A stretch of DNA of 64,000 nucleotides from NCBI GenBank assembly GCA_963826785.1, contig CAWGYD010000001.1:480001-544000 (forward strand), in the 5' to 3' direction. Origin of the DNA: an uncultured delta proteobacterium. GTDB lineage: Bacteria; Desulfobacterota; Desulfobacteria; Desulfobacterales; Desulfosalsimonadaceae. This document shows positions 9,635 to 19,729 of the stretch, piece by piece. A program made the position numbers and the translations under genes. How positions within the stretch are numbered: the stretch's first letter is position 1; each line of letters starts with the position of its first letter. The notes below the pieces were generated by a model, which was not told the DNA's origin, did no database searches, and saw only the letters and a list, made by a program, of their open reading frames with translations.

Positions 9635-10570
9635 TCAGTGCTTTTCGGACTTGTCTTCGGGATTTTCGAACTCAGGGTTGAAATAATCGGGATAAAGTTT
9701 TCGGGCGCAATCCGGGCAGATGCCGTGGCTGAATTTTGCCTTTGAATGATGGGTAATGTAGGATTCGATCTGGTTCCAGTATCCCGAATCGTCCCGGATT
9801 TTTTTGCAGGAGGCACAGATGGGGAGCAGACCGCTCAGGGTTTTGACTTCGGCCAGGGCGTGTTTGAGTTCTTCGATGAGTTTCTGCTGGGCGTCCTGGG
9901 CTTTTATCCGCTGTTCGACTTCGGACTGGATTTTCTGATGAGCCTTGCGAACCTCGCGGTTCTGGTGGCGGAGGCGCTGCCGGAGGGTGGAGATAAATCC
10001 GCCGAAAAGGGCAAACCAGGTCAGCAGGATACCAAACATCACAAATACGAAGATTTCATATTCCGGATCGAATCCGGGGCGCTCCCGCAGGTATTCGATG
10101 GATAGCAGCCCTCCATAAAGTGCCATCACGCAACACACGGCATTCATGTACTGTCGGCGGGAAAGGCGCAACATGCCGAAACAGAAAGCGGGCACGTAAA
10201 ACATCAGAACGACGGGGCGGATGCCCGGCAGGGCGTGCAGAAGAATAATGCCCCACATGCCTGAAAACAGGATCTGGATCCAGGTCAGGGAAGGATCGGC
10301 AAACCGCAGGCTGATGCCTGAATAGAGCAGGAAAAAAAACAGCAGGTTGTTGAAAATGCCCACACCGATCACCATCACCCACAGCATCGGGGAAATCTGG
10401 CCCAGGCCGAGCTGTGTGGTTAAAAATGCGGTCAGCGTCACCATGACATACGTTAAAAAAGCGATGCCGAAACGCTGCAGTCGCAGGTGCCTGGCATGCT
10501 GCATATCGGCGGCATCCGGCTCGATCTGACCGTGATGATGGTGTTTAATGATGGTTTTTTCTGCGATCAT
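9635..10570 (-). CDS. Multi-TM membrane sensor-like protein with coiled coil and C-terminal Cys/His-rich domain
   Basis: About 6 TM helices (LRFADPSLT), coiled coil, then LPICASCKKIRDD.GYW...FSHGICPDC; ATG 10570 has AAAGGA RBS. Confidence 0.75.
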   Translation of the reverse strand: MIAEKTIIKHHHHGQIEPDAADMQHARHLRLQRFGIAFLTYVMVTLTAFLTTQLGLGQISPMLWVMVIGVGIFNNLLFFFLLYSGISLRFADPSLTWIQILFSGMWGIILLHALPGIRPVVLMFYVPAFCFGMLRLSRRQYMNAVCCVMALYGGLLSIEYLRERPGFDPEYEIFVFVMFGILLTWFALFGGFISTLRQRLRHQNREVRKAHQKIQSEVEQRIKAQDAQQKLIEELKHALAEVKTLSGLLPICASCKKIRDDSGYWNQIESYITHHSKAKFSHGICPDCARKLYPDYFNPEFENPEDKSEKH

Positions 10571-10724
10571 GATTCCTTTATGGATCTGAAACAGCCCGGC
10601 ATCCGGACCTCCGGACATTGCAAGTATTCGTAGTTTAAAAGAAAAATCTTGGAAAAAACGTAGCATGAGATATGCTCCGATGCAATTCATTTTCATGCTT
10701 TTTAATGATTGTGAAACTCAAATT

Positions 10725-10797
10725 GTCATTGGGCAGTCTTCAAGCCGGAATCCAGTTTTTCCAATCGGTTCTGGACCCCGGCCTGCACCGGGGAGAC
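10725..10797. repeat. Degenerate family C (GTCATTCCGGC...GCCGGAATCCAG) hairpin pair
   Basis: GTCATTGGGCAGTCTTCAAGCCGGAATCCAG followed by inverted CTGGACCCCGGCCTGCACCGGGGAGAC. Confidence 0.65.
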
Positions 10798-10840
10798 GAA
10801 CCTTGGTATTTAATGGCCTATCAGGTTCGTCATCCTTAAA

Positions 10841-10891
10841 TTGACATTTTTTCCGATTTTTGATAGCCATGAAGCTGACCATTAGTTTTCA
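10841..10891 (+). promoter_or_regulatory. Possible sigma70 promoter and imperfect palindrome upstream of the ABC1 kinase gene
   Basis: TTGACA (10841)-N17-TAGCCA with upstream TG; TGAAGCTGACCATTAGTTTTCA imperfect inverted repeat follows. Confidence 0.35.
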
Positions 10892-10958
10892 CACCAGCCA
10901 GACCCGGCGCGGCTTCCGGGATTTCAACCCTTCTTGAGAAATTCGGACGAACGGTTTC

Positions 10959-13007
10959 ATGGGTTCTAAAAAGAAGCGCTCCCAAATCGAACTCCTGCAG
11001 GAGCAGATTGTCCATGTTTTCAAGGAAGCCGGACTCTACACCTGGCACAGCCTGAACGTGACCCGCGCCTTTCTGCCGCTGGCCCGGGTGCTGGCCGTCC
11101 GGGAAAACGCCACGGTGGAAGAGGTTTCCGCCATTATCGATTCGATCTTTGCGGCCCTCTATGAGCACCCCGTCACCCGACAGGGGCATACGCTCACCGA
11201 TTTTCTGCGCAAAAAGAACATCCTTCCCAACGAGCAGTCCACGGAAAAGCTGATCCGCTACGTAGTGGACCAGATCCTGCTCCGGAGCCCCGTAAAGGTC
11301 CCGGAGATGGTGGTCAACGAGTTCTGGTCCTTCTTCGACGAGCTGTTCAGCGAACCCGAACTCAAAGGGCTGGTGGAGCTCAACCTGGACATCGTCCGGA
11401 TCATCCTGCGCTGCTATGAACCCCTGCTCACCGACATCATCAACATCATCAAGGAAACCCGGCGGCTCAACAAATCCATTTTAAACGATCTGGGGGGGCG
11501 GCTCGGCCTGGTCCGGGGCGACCTGGCCATCATCCGCCGCCAGATCCGCGCCCTTCGCTACATCAAGCCGTTTTTCGCCACAGACCCCAAGGACTTTGCC
11601 ACCCAGGCGCGGATCGTGGCGGCCATGGTCAGCGAATTCGGACCGTTTTTCATCAAGATGGCCCAGGTGGCCGCGGCCGGTTCCGATTTTCTGCCAGACG
11701 AAATCGCCCGGGAGCTCAAGGTGTTCCAGGAGGATGTGCCGCCCATGAGCGCCGCTGAAGTCTACTCGGCCTTCGAGGAATGCTTCGGGAAAAAGCCCCA
11801 TGAGTGCTATTTCGACTTCGATGTGGACCGGCCCCTGAAGTCCGGGTCCATCGGATCGGTGTACCTGGCCAAGAAGCCGATGGTCAAGAACGGGGAGGAA
11901 GTCCTTTTGCCGGTGATCATCAAGATCAGCAGAAACGGGCTGGACCGGGAATTCACCCTGGGCCGGACGGTGCTGGGCGTGGCCATCATCAGCAGCCATT
12001 ACTGGGCGCCCCATTCCAAGCTGGCCCCGTTTCTGGAAGCCCTGCAGCAGCAGGCGGAAGAATTCGTCAAGGGATTCCAGCGGGAGATCGATTTTGCCCA
12101 GGAGGCCGAAAACCAGCGGCGGTTTTTCGAAAGAAGCCGGGATTCGCTCATCTGGCATGTCCCGGAAGTATTCCGGGCGTCAAAACGCATCATCGAAATG
12201 GAGTATATCGAAAACGCCACCAGCATCGCCCGTATCCTGGACTATGTCCCGGAAAAGAGCCGGGCGAAAAACGCCCGCCACATCGCCTCTCGCTTTTTGT
12301 ACACCATCTGCCTGCACGCCCTGGTGTACCAGGAGTTTCACGGCGACCTGCACCCGGGAAACGTCCTGTTCGATACCTGCGGCGACATGTATTTTGCCGA
12401 CTGGGGCAACTGCGTCGACCTGAAGGAAAAATGGAAACCCCTGTGGGATTATATCCACGGCGCACTGTCCGCGGATGTGGATCTGCTGACCACCGCCCTG
12501 ATCAACATCAGTTCCAATCCCGAGCAGAACATAAAACGCGAAGCCGAAATCCGCGCCACTCTGGCCCAGACGCTGCGTAAGAAGAACGTGAAGCCGCTGT
12601 CCCGCTGCATTCTGATTCAGCTCAGCCGGGAGGGGATGCCCGGCCTGCGCCGAAGGCTTCAGGTGGTGGCCCATCTCCTGTCCAACACCCAGCACCTGGG
12701 ACTGGTGGTCAAGAGCGAGTACCTGCATTTGTCGCGCTCCATCGCCGCCTTCGTGGGCACCTACCTGCAGCTGTACAAGGATGTCCCGAAAATGTACATC
12801 GTGTTCGACTCCGCGCGCACCCTGACCCAGTTCCCCGTCTCCCTGGTGCTCGACCGGTTCGCGGACAAGCGCTCCACCCGCTACATGCAGCTGCTGCACA
12901 AACTCCCGCTCCTGGCCGGGTTCAAAAAGCCCGCCCCCCTGTCCCTCACCGGCCCCATGCACATGTTCCCCCGCCGGATCGAATACGCAGAAATGATATC
13001 CGCCTGA
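10959..13007 (+). CDS. ABC1/AarF/UbiB-family atypical kinase with long N-terminal extension
   Basis: GPFFIKMAQ, FQEDVPP, SGSIGSVY, EIDFAQEAEN, HGDLHPGN and DWG motifs. Confidence 0.88.
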   Translation: MGSKKKRSQIELLQEQIVHVFKEAGLYTWHSLNVTRAFLPLARVLAVRENATVEEVSAIIDSIFAALYEHPVTRQGHTLTDFLRKKNILPNEQSTEKLIRYVVDQILLRSPVKVPEMVVNEFWSFFDELFSEPELKGLVELNLDIVRIILRCYEPLLTDIINIIKETRRLNKSILNDLGGRLGLVRGDLAIIRRQIRALRYIKPFFATDPKDFATQARIVAAMVSEFGPFFIKMAQVAAAGSDFLPDEIARELKVFQEDVPPMSAAEVYSAFEECFGKKPHECYFDFDVDRPLKSGSIGSVYLAKKPMVKNGEEVLLPVIIKISRNGLDREFTLGRTVLGVAIISSHYWAPHSKLAPFLEALQQQAEEFVKGFQREIDFAQEAENQRRFFERSRDSLIWHVPEVFRASKRIIEMEYIENATSIARILDYVPEKSRAKNARHIASRFLYTICLHALVYQEFHGDLHPGNVLFDTCGDMYFADWGNCVDLKEKWKPLWDYIHGALSADVDLLTTALINISSNPEQNIKREAEIRATLAQTLRKKNVKPLSRCILIQLSREGMPGLRRRLQVVAHLLSNTQHLGLVVKSEYLHLSRSIAAFVGTYLQLYKDVPKMYIVFDSARTLTQFPVSLVLDRFADKRSTRYMQLLHKLPLLAGFKKPAPLSLTGPMHMFPRRIEYAEMISA

Positions 13008-13044
13008 ACCCACACGATTCCCCCCGCAAGGGCCCTGTAAGGGA

Positions 13045-13290
13045 GCACCCCCAAAACTACCCCTGAGGTAAGCACCCTAACAATTCGTCCGCCTGAGGTG
13101 GGCACCCTTACAATTCCCCCCCGAAAGGAGAGCACCCCTGCAATTCCCCCCGTGAGAGGTGCACCCCCACTTGGACCCCAGTGAGAGGAGCACCCCCACA
13201 ACGACCCCGGTGAGAGGCACACCCCCACTATCCCCCTTGAAGAACCCCCCCTTCACAATTCCCCCCTTGAGGGGGGCGCAGGGGGGTGTC
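13045..13290. repeat. Degenerate ~29-bp tandem array ending in an intact family A palindrome
   Basis: GCACCC unit starts at 13045, 13072, 13102, 13132, 13161 and 13190; ends AATTCCCCCCTTGAGGGGGGCGCAGGGGGGTGT. Confidence 0.85.
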
Positions 13291-13551
13291 CCCCCCGGAT
13301 CACAATCCACGCTCATACGTCCGATTTCAAAATACATCCAATCAACACCAGGAGGCTCTATGCTTTTCGAAAGGTATTGCTTCACCTGCCGGCTGGAAAA
13401 CCGATGCTGAACTCCCGTACGACAAAGGATCGACTTTCCGAGGCGTGTTCGGCCGCGCCCTTGAGACGTCGTCAATCTGTCGTGTCTATTTTGCCGGTAT
13501 GCCATTGTGCCGGAAAAGACCTGAATTGCGAAAGGATTGAGAAAAAGGGAG

Positions 13552-13588
13552 AAAAAAAAGGGGCGCACCCGATATGCGGGTGTGCCCC
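13552..13588 (-). terminator. Intrinsic terminator of the acyl-CoA synthetase gene
   Basis: GGGGCGCACCCG-ATATG-CGGGTGTGCCCC hairpin with adjacent A8 on + (U-tract on -). Confidence 0.7.
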
Positions 13589-13644
13589 GTGTTCCTGGCA
13601 GAGCGGAAATGGCTGGCGGAGACGGTCTGTTTTTAGGTTTTTGC

Positions 13645-15300
13645 TTACGCCTCGAACAGGTCTTGGAAATTTTTGCGCATGGTGCGTTTGAGGATCTTGC
13701 CCGTGGGGGTTTTGGGCAGGGCATCCACGAAGACCACGGACTTGGGGACCTTGTAGCCGGCCAGCTCCTTTTTGCACAGTGAGATGATTTCTTCTTCGCT
13801 GATGGTCTGGCCTTTGCGCGCAACGATGACGGCGGCAACGGCCTCGACCCACTTGGGGTGGGGCACGCCCACCACCGCGACTTCTTCCACGCGCTTGTCC
13901 AGGTAAATGGCCTCCTCCACTTCCCGGGTGGAGACGTTCTCGCCGCCGGTCTTGATCATGTCTTTTTTGCGGTCCACCACGCTGATGTAGCGGTCTTGGT
14001 CCATCACGCCGATATCGCCGGAATGAAACCAGCCGCCCTGCATGGCCGCGTCCGTCTTTTCCGGGTCCTTGAAATACATGATCATGGCATGGGGCCCTTT
14101 GCCGCAGATTTCGCCGGGCAGGCCGGGTTCCTCCACGGGATTGAATTCTTCATCCTCCAGCCGGGTTTCCATGTTCAGGCCGGCCATGCCGGCGGACCCC
14201 AGCTTGGTCATGGCGTCTTGTGCTTTTAAAATGGTGTGGTAGGGCGCAAGTTCCGTCTGGCCGTAGTAATTATAGACCTTGCATCCGGGCAGCCGCTCCA
14301 TGAGTTCTTTCAACACTTCCACCGGCATGATGGAGGCGCCGTAATAGCACTTGGTCAGGCAGGAGAGATCGTATTTGGCAAAATCGGGATGGCGCAGGAT
14401 GCCGATCCACACGGTGGGCGGTGCAAAGAACATGTTGGCGCGATAGCGGTCGATGGTGGAAAGGATCTTTCCGATGTCCGGGGCCATCAGGATGTTGGTG
14501 CCGCCGGTCAGGAAAATGGGGTTGAGAAAGACGTCGCGCTGGGCGCAATGATAGATGGGCAGGGCGTTGACGTTGATGTCGGCGGATTCATAGCCGCCGT
14601 CGATGATGGCCCCCATGTACTGCGCCAGCAGGGCCTGGTTTGAGATGATGACCCCCTTGGGCAGCGATTCCGTGCCGCTGGTATACGTCATCTGGCAGGG
14701 GTCTTCGATGTGCAGGAGCACGTCGGGCGCTTCGGCGGTGGCGGCGGCGACCCACGGATCGAAATCCAGGAACCGGCCGTCCACCGGCGGCTGCCCGGCG
14801 CCCTGGTTGGACCACACCAGCGTCTCGACGGTGGGCATCTGGTCCAGCACGTCTTCCACCAGCCCGTAAAGAGCGTCTTCCACGACGAAGAGCCGGCTTT
14901 CCGAGTGGTTGATGCAGTAGGTGATGTCCTTGCCCCGCAGCAGGTAGTTGATGGCCAGGTAAACCGCGCCGATCTTGCAGCAGCCCAGCCAGGTGAGCAC
15001 ATGGTGCACGGTGTTGTGGGCCAGGATGGCCACGCGGTCATATTTTGTAATGCCCTGCCCGGCAAGGGCGTTTGCCGTCCGGTTGGCGGCCTCCTCCAGC
15101 TGGCGGTAGGTCAGCGTCTGTTCACCGAAGATCAGCGCCGGCTTGTCGGGGTAGTGGTAGGCGGTCCGGCGCACCATGTCCGCAATCACCCAGCGGTTGA
15201 CGTGGTTGTAGCGGTTCATCAAAAATTCGAGATTTTCCTTGTTCAGGACATTGAAACGTTCTTTTTCTTCTACGGTCATGGGCTGGGTGGACGACGGCAT
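13645..15300 (-). CDS. Acyl-CoA synthetase (AMP-binding, fatty-acid CoA ligase family)
   Basis: YTSGTESLPKG, YGQTE, GWFHSGD, DRKKDMIKTGGENV and LPKTPTGKI motifs. Confidence 0.93.
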   Translation of the reverse strand: MPSSTQPMTVEEKERFNVLNKENLEFLMNRYNHVNRWVIADMVRRTAYHYPDKPALIFGEQTLTYRQLEEAANRTANALAGQGITKYDRVAILAHNTVHHVLTWLGCCKIGAVYLAINYLLRGKDITYCINHSESRLFVVEDALYGLVEDVLDQMPTVETLVWSNQGAGQPPVDGRFLDFDPWVAAATAEAPDVLLHIEDPCQMTYTSGTESLPKGVIISNQALLAQYMGAIIDGGYESADINVNALPIYHCAQRDVFLNPIFLTGGTNILMAPDIGKILSTIDRYRANMFFAPPTVWIGILRHPDFAKYDLSCLTKCYYGASIMPVEVLKELMERLPGCKVYNYYGQTELAPYHTILKAQDAMTKLGSAGMAGLNMETRLEDEEFNPVEEPGLPGEICGKGPHAMIMYFKDPEKTDAAMQGGWFHSGDIGVMDQDRYISVVDRKKDMIKTGGENVSTREVEEAIYLDKRVEEVAVVGVPHPKWVEAVAAVIVARKGQTISEEEIISLCKKELAGYKVPKSVVFVDALPKTPTGKILKRTMRKNFQDLFEA

Positions 15301-15648
15301 GGATGATTCCTCCTCTGGTTGGGGTGTGGGATCTCGGGTTTGCCTGGGATTCTTTTGTTGAGGATAGCCTGTAATTCATCGAAAATCAAATCTTTGATGG
15401 CATGACTGTGCCCCCCATCTGATGCGTTGCGCCCATATTGAAATGATGTTGCTGTCGGGCCAAAATACGGATTTTCCCTTATTTCCGCCCGGCCCGGATT
15501 CAAGATAAAGTGTGAGAGTTTCAGCGCCACTGAGCAAATCCATCCCCCCCGCGCTCCCTTTGGGAAGGGGCTGAGAATGTGGCGTCAAGGCGCGCTGATG
15601 GAGATATATGGATGCGCACGTTCATTTTTATTTGTTGAGGGTCATCCG

Positions 15649-16122
15649 ATGAATGCATCGCGGAAAAATATCCCCCTGGAGCGGCTCAATCGGGTGGCCT
15701 GGCTGCTGGACAATTCAATCCGGGTTCCCGGCATCGACTACCGGATCGGGATCGATCCGCTGATCGGATTCGTGCCCGGCATCGGGGATGCCGTGGGCGC
15801 GCTGCTGTCCCTGTATATCATTGCCGAAGCCGCCAGGGCGCATCTGCCGCTGACGCTCATCTCAAGGATGGTGTTCAATGTGGCCGTGGAAACCATCGTC
15901 GGCGTCATTCCCCTGGCGGGGGACCTGTTTGACCTGACATGGAAGGCGAACATGAAAAATGCCCGCATCGTCCGGGATTATGCCGCCTCCCCCAGCGCGG
16001 CCCTCGCCAGGAATCGCCGGATGGTCTGGTCCGTTCTTGCGGTCCTGGCTTTTTTCATGATCGCCGCACTCTATTTTGGGTTTTTAGTGCTGCGGTGGCT
16101 CTGGACGGCGCTGTCGGCCTGA
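15649..16122 (+). CDS. DUF4112-like membrane protein
   Basis: LLDNSIRVPG...GIDPLIGFVPGIGD...IPLAGDLFD..WKAN pattern. Confidence 0.8.
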   Translation: MNASRKNIPLERLNRVAWLLDNSIRVPGIDYRIGIDPLIGFVPGIGDAVGALLSLYIIAEAARAHLPLTLISRMVFNVAVETIVGVIPLAGDLFDLTWKANMKNARIVRDYAASPSAALARNRRMVWSVLAVLAFFMIAALYFGFLVLRWLWTALSA

Positions 16123-16265
16123 GTGTGAATCGTTTCAACCTCAGGTCAAAACAGCTGTTTCGATCATTTCGTGTTGCGGGAGACGCTTTTTCCAGTTTTT
16201 TGCATTATTTTTCTCGCCGGTTTCCTGTTCCTGGTCGGAATGCTTTCAAAAATTTGAGGTCGGTG

Positions 16266-17102
16266 ATGAGTTTTTTAAATGCAGAACATTATCTGGGCCT
16301 GGTTGCTTTGGGGATTGCGGTGGGGAGTTACGGGACGCTCATCGGCGCAGGCGGGGGCTTTGTGTTGATGCCGGTGCTGCTGCTGCTCTACCCGGACCAG
16401 AGCGCCGATCTGCTGACGAGTATCTCCCTTGCGGTGGTATTTTTTAACGCGATGTCGGGGTCGGAAGCCTATGCATTGCTGAAACGCATTGACTATCGGT
16501 CGGGATTGATGTTTTCCATGGCGACCATACCGGGGGCCGTGCTGGGGGCCTTGAACACCTCGTTTGTGCCCCGCCGTCTGTTCGATTTCATTTTTGCCAT
16601 ATCGCTGCTGGCGGCCGCAGCCTTTTTGGGGTGGCAGCCCCGCAGGGACAAAACCGGCCGGAAACCCGTCCGGACAAACCGTCTCCGGGCAATGCGCCGG
16701 CTGATCGATGTTCATGGCATAACATATGAGTATAACTACAATTGGGGGATCGGAATGGCGATAAGCGCCATTGTCGGTTATGTTTCAAGTTTTTTGGGGA
16801 TTGGCGGCGGCATCATTCATGTCCCGGCGCTCTCATATCTCTTGAATTTTCCCATACACATCGCCACCGCCACGTCCCACTTCATTCTGGCCATCATGGC
16901 ACTGACAGGCACCATCGTTCACATTTTGACCGGGACCTTCGCCCATGGCGTTCATCGAACCATCGCCCTGGCCATTGGCGTGATGATAGGCGCCCAGATA
17001 GGAGCGCGCCTGTCCGAGAAAGTCCGGGGGGGCTGGATCATTCGAATTCTGGCGATGGCCCTGGGGATTGTGGGCCTGCGAATCCTGATGATGGCCTGGT
17101 AG
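16266..17102 (+). CDS. Sulfite exporter TauE/SafE family permease
   Basis: Duplicated GAGGGFVLMP / GIGGGIIHVP motifs, ATATSHF; GAGGT RBS before ATG 16266. Confidence 0.88.
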   Translation: MSFLNAEHYLGLVALGIAVGSYGTLIGAGGGFVLMPVLLLLYPDQSADLLTSISLAVVFFNAMSGSEAYALLKRIDYRSGLMFSMATIPGAVLGALNTSFVPRRLFDFIFAISLLAAAAFLGWQPRRDKTGRKPVRTNRLRAMRRLIDVHGITYEYNYNWGIGMAISAIVGYVSSFLGIGGGIIHVPALSYLLNFPIHIATATSHFILAIMALTGTIVHILTGTFAHGVHRTIALAIGVMIGAQIGARLSEKVRGGWIIRILAMALGIVGLRILMMAW

Positions 17103-17182
17103 CAGACGGTCGCACCCTCAGCGCATCGGCTCGAAAGGCGGCAAAGCGGCCTTGGCCTTTCAAAACCGGTGGGGAAATTTTC

Positions 17183-17566
17183 ATGAAAATGAAAAACAGC
17201 CATGACAATGAGAATCTTATCGTGGATGCGATTCTGGCCTTTCTGCAGGAAAAAAGAACAGCACTTTCGATGGTACGGATCGGCATCACTACGATTGTCG
17301 CACAAATCGCCGTTTTCGGTTTTCTGATCGCCACCTCAAGGTACTATCGATGGGTGGAGGTTCTGCACCTGGTGATCCCTTTTGCACTGCTCAATATCAT
17401 CGTTCTCGGGTTTGCCGGCTACTTTATTATTCGACCGGTTATCCTGATCCATCAACTGGATCGCCAGATTCTGAGGCACAAAAAACGCCTCAGCGGATTT
17501 GCCGGCCTTAAAGCGGATCCTCGAGACGCGGCACGGGAAGGCAAGGAGAAGGGTGCGTCCCCTTAA
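17183..17566 (+). CDS. Small 2-TM membrane protein (DUF202-like)
   Basis: LQEKRTALSMVRIGI resembles the LAxERTxLAWxR motif; two hydrophobic segments. Confidence 0.55.
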   Translation: MKMKNSHDNENLIVDAILAFLQEKRTALSMVRIGITTIVAQIAVFGFLIATSRYYRWVEVLHLVIPFALLNIIVLGFAGYFIIRPVILIHQLDRQILRHKKRLSGFAGLKADPRDAAREGKEKGASP

Positions 17567-17669
17567 GCGGCCAGTCGGATTTTGGTGCGGACGGGTAGCA
17601 GGGTTTAAAAAATGGTCCTATAGTTTGGGAGTCAACAATCATCGACTGACTTGATCTTCATTAGATAAT

Positions 17670-19250
17670 ATGAATATGCGGTTAAAAACAGGCTTGCGCC
17701 TCTGGTTTTGCATACTGGTCCTCGGATTGTTTGTATCCCGGGCTTCTGCTGTCGGCGGTGAAAACCCCGATGCCGGCCAAAAGCCTTTTGGTTTCGATGA
17801 CGTGATCAAGATTGCCGCCGGGATGTCGAAAGCGCCATTTGATCCGCCCGGCAACACCGTCCCCCAGTTTCTCCTGGACATGAGCTATGACCAGTGGCGG
17901 GATATCCGTTTCAAGACGGAAAACAGCCTGTGGCGGAAGGAAAACCTCCCCTTTGAAATCCAGTTCTTCCATCCCGGCGCATTCTACACTCACCCGGTGG
18001 ACATCCGGGTGATCGACGGAAAGGATGTAAAACCGGTCGCCTTTTCACCGGACCTGTTCAACTACGGACAGAACCCGTTTAAGGACAAGGTCCCGCAAGA
18101 CCTCGGATTCGCCGGTTTCCGGATTCACTATAACATCAACAATCCCGGGTACAAGGACGAGGTCGCCGTTTTCCTCGGGGCCACCTATTTCCGGGCGGTG
18201 GCCCGGGATCAGCAGTACGGGCTTTCGGCAAGGGGGCTGGCGCTAAATACCGGCCAGGATTCCGGGGAGGAATTTCCCGTGTTCAAATCCTTCTGGCTGG
18301 TCAGGCCGGATGCGAAGGCCGACCGACTGGCCCTGTATGCGCTGCTCGACTCCAAGAGCTACACGGGTGCGTATGCGTTCGTCATCCGGCCCGGGGAGAA
18401 AACCGTCTTTTCGGTCGATTCCCGCCTGTTTCAGCGGCAGCCGGTGAAAAAAATCGGGATCGCGCCGCTCACCTCCATGTTTTATTACGGAGAGAACACC
18501 GCCGTCCGTCCGGCGGATGATTTCCGGCCCGAAGTCCATGATTCCGACGGGCTGCTGATCGCGCTGTCCTCCGGGGAATGGATCTGGCAGCCCCTTCAGA
18601 ATCCCGAGACGCTGTCCCTGTCGATCTTCGAGGCCCCGAACCCCGCTGGATTCGGCCTGCTCCAGCGCGATCTCAAATTCGACCACTACCAGGACCTCGA
18701 ATCCCGCTACGACAAGCGGCCCAGCGCCTGGATCGTCCCGAAGAAAGGCGACTGGGGCAGCGGACACGTGGAACTGGTGATGATTCCGTCCGACAGCGAG
18801 GTCAACGACAACATCGTGGCGTTCTGGGTGCCGGACGTGCCGGCGGAAAAAAAGGAACTGTCCTTTTCCTATGATATCACCTGGTATTCCCCTTCGGGCA
18901 GCCCGCACGGCGGGGGAGTCGTGATCGGCACCTACTGCGCGCGCAAGGACAACCAGGACGCGACGTTTCTGATCGATTTTGCAGGCGGCCGGCTCCGGGA
19001 ACTCGATTCCGAGGCACACCCCGAGGCGGTGGTTGCCGCGGGGGATTCGGCGGGCATCTCCGATCAGCGGGTCCAGAGGAATCCGTTTATCAATGGGTGG
19101 CGACTGGTGTTCAACCTGCACGACGACAACGCGCAGAATGCGCTGGAGAAAGTCCTCCCCGGCAAGGCCGAGCCGGTGGATCTGAGGGCGTTCATGCGCC
19201 TGGAAGACGATGTGCTGACCGAGACCTGGGTCTACACGTTCTTCCCCTGA
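17670..19250 (+). CDS. opgG: Osmoregulated periplasmic glucan biosynthesis protein G
   Basis: Signal peptide; FLGATYFRA, YGLSARGLA, RPEVHDSDGL, DNIVAFW and LTETWVY motifs. Confidence 0.93.
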   Translation: MNMRLKTGLRLWFCILVLGLFVSRASAVGGENPDAGQKPFGFDDVIKIAAGMSKAPFDPPGNTVPQFLLDMSYDQWRDIRFKTENSLWRKENLPFEIQFFHPGAFYTHPVDIRVIDGKDVKPVAFSPDLFNYGQNPFKDKVPQDLGFAGFRIHYNINNPGYKDEVAVFLGATYFRAVARDQQYGLSARGLALNTGQDSGEEFPVFKSFWLVRPDAKADRLALYALLDSKSYTGAYAFVIRPGEKTVFSVDSRLFQRQPVKKIGIAPLTSMFYYGENTAVRPADDFRPEVHDSDGLLIALSSGEWIWQPLQNPETLSLSIFEAPNPAGFGLLQRDLKFDHYQDLESRYDKRPSAWIVPKKGDWGSGHVELVMIPSDSEVNDNIVAFWVPDVPAEKKELSFSYDITWYSPSGSPHGGGVVIGTYCARKDNQDATFLIDFAGGRLRELDSEAHPEAVVAAGDSAGISDQRVQRNPFINGWRLVFNLHDDNAQNALEKVLPGKAEPVDLRAFMRLEDDVLTETWVYTFFP

Positions 19251-19262
19251 CACCCTGACACG

Positions 19263-19715
19263 TTGATGGTAATAATGAACCCTGCAATCATCGACCACGG
19301 CAGCGGCTCCGGATCCCGCGACGGCCGTCTGAAGATGGCCCGCAACCGGATGCTGATCTACATGGATGCGCTGGACATGGATCCGGTGGAGGCGGCCGAA
19401 ATGACCCGGCAGGTTCTGGAAAATACCCGGGGCCGCATGGCAGCCGATCCCCGCGTGGAGCCGGTTTCGCTTGCCATGCAGTCCCTGCGCCAAATCCTTG
19501 CCGGAAAAAACCGGATCGATCCGGTTGGCCGGATGGTCCGGATCACTGAAATGGTTTTTCTTCCGCCCACGCCGCCCCTCAACATCGGCCACATGGTTCC
19601 CCAGAAGCTGGAGAGGAAACTGTTTTCCCGCACCGCCGCATCCGTGCGCCTCCGCTGGATCCTTTTCTATACGGGATTTCTGCTCCTGCTGGCCGCGATT
19701 TACAGCCTGATCTGA
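19263..19715 (+). CDS. Small protein between opgG and opgH, possibly a detached OpgH N-terminal region
   Basis: Operonic spacing; PTPPLNIGHMVP segment and C-terminal TM helix; exact start uncertain. Confidence 0.55.
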   Translation: MMVIMNPAIIDHGSGSGSRDGRLKMARNRMLIYMDALDMDPVEAAEMTRQVLENTRGRMAADPRVEPVSLAMQSLRQILAGKNRIDPVGRMVRITEMVFLPPTPPLNIGHMVPQKLERKLFSRTAASVRLRWILFYTGFLLLLAAIYSLI

Positions 19716-19729
19716 AAGCATACAGCGAC

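Noticed and set aside
13045..13290. CRISPR array
   Set aside because: Units are contiguous and degenerate with no unique spacers, derive from the family A palindrome, and no cas genes are present
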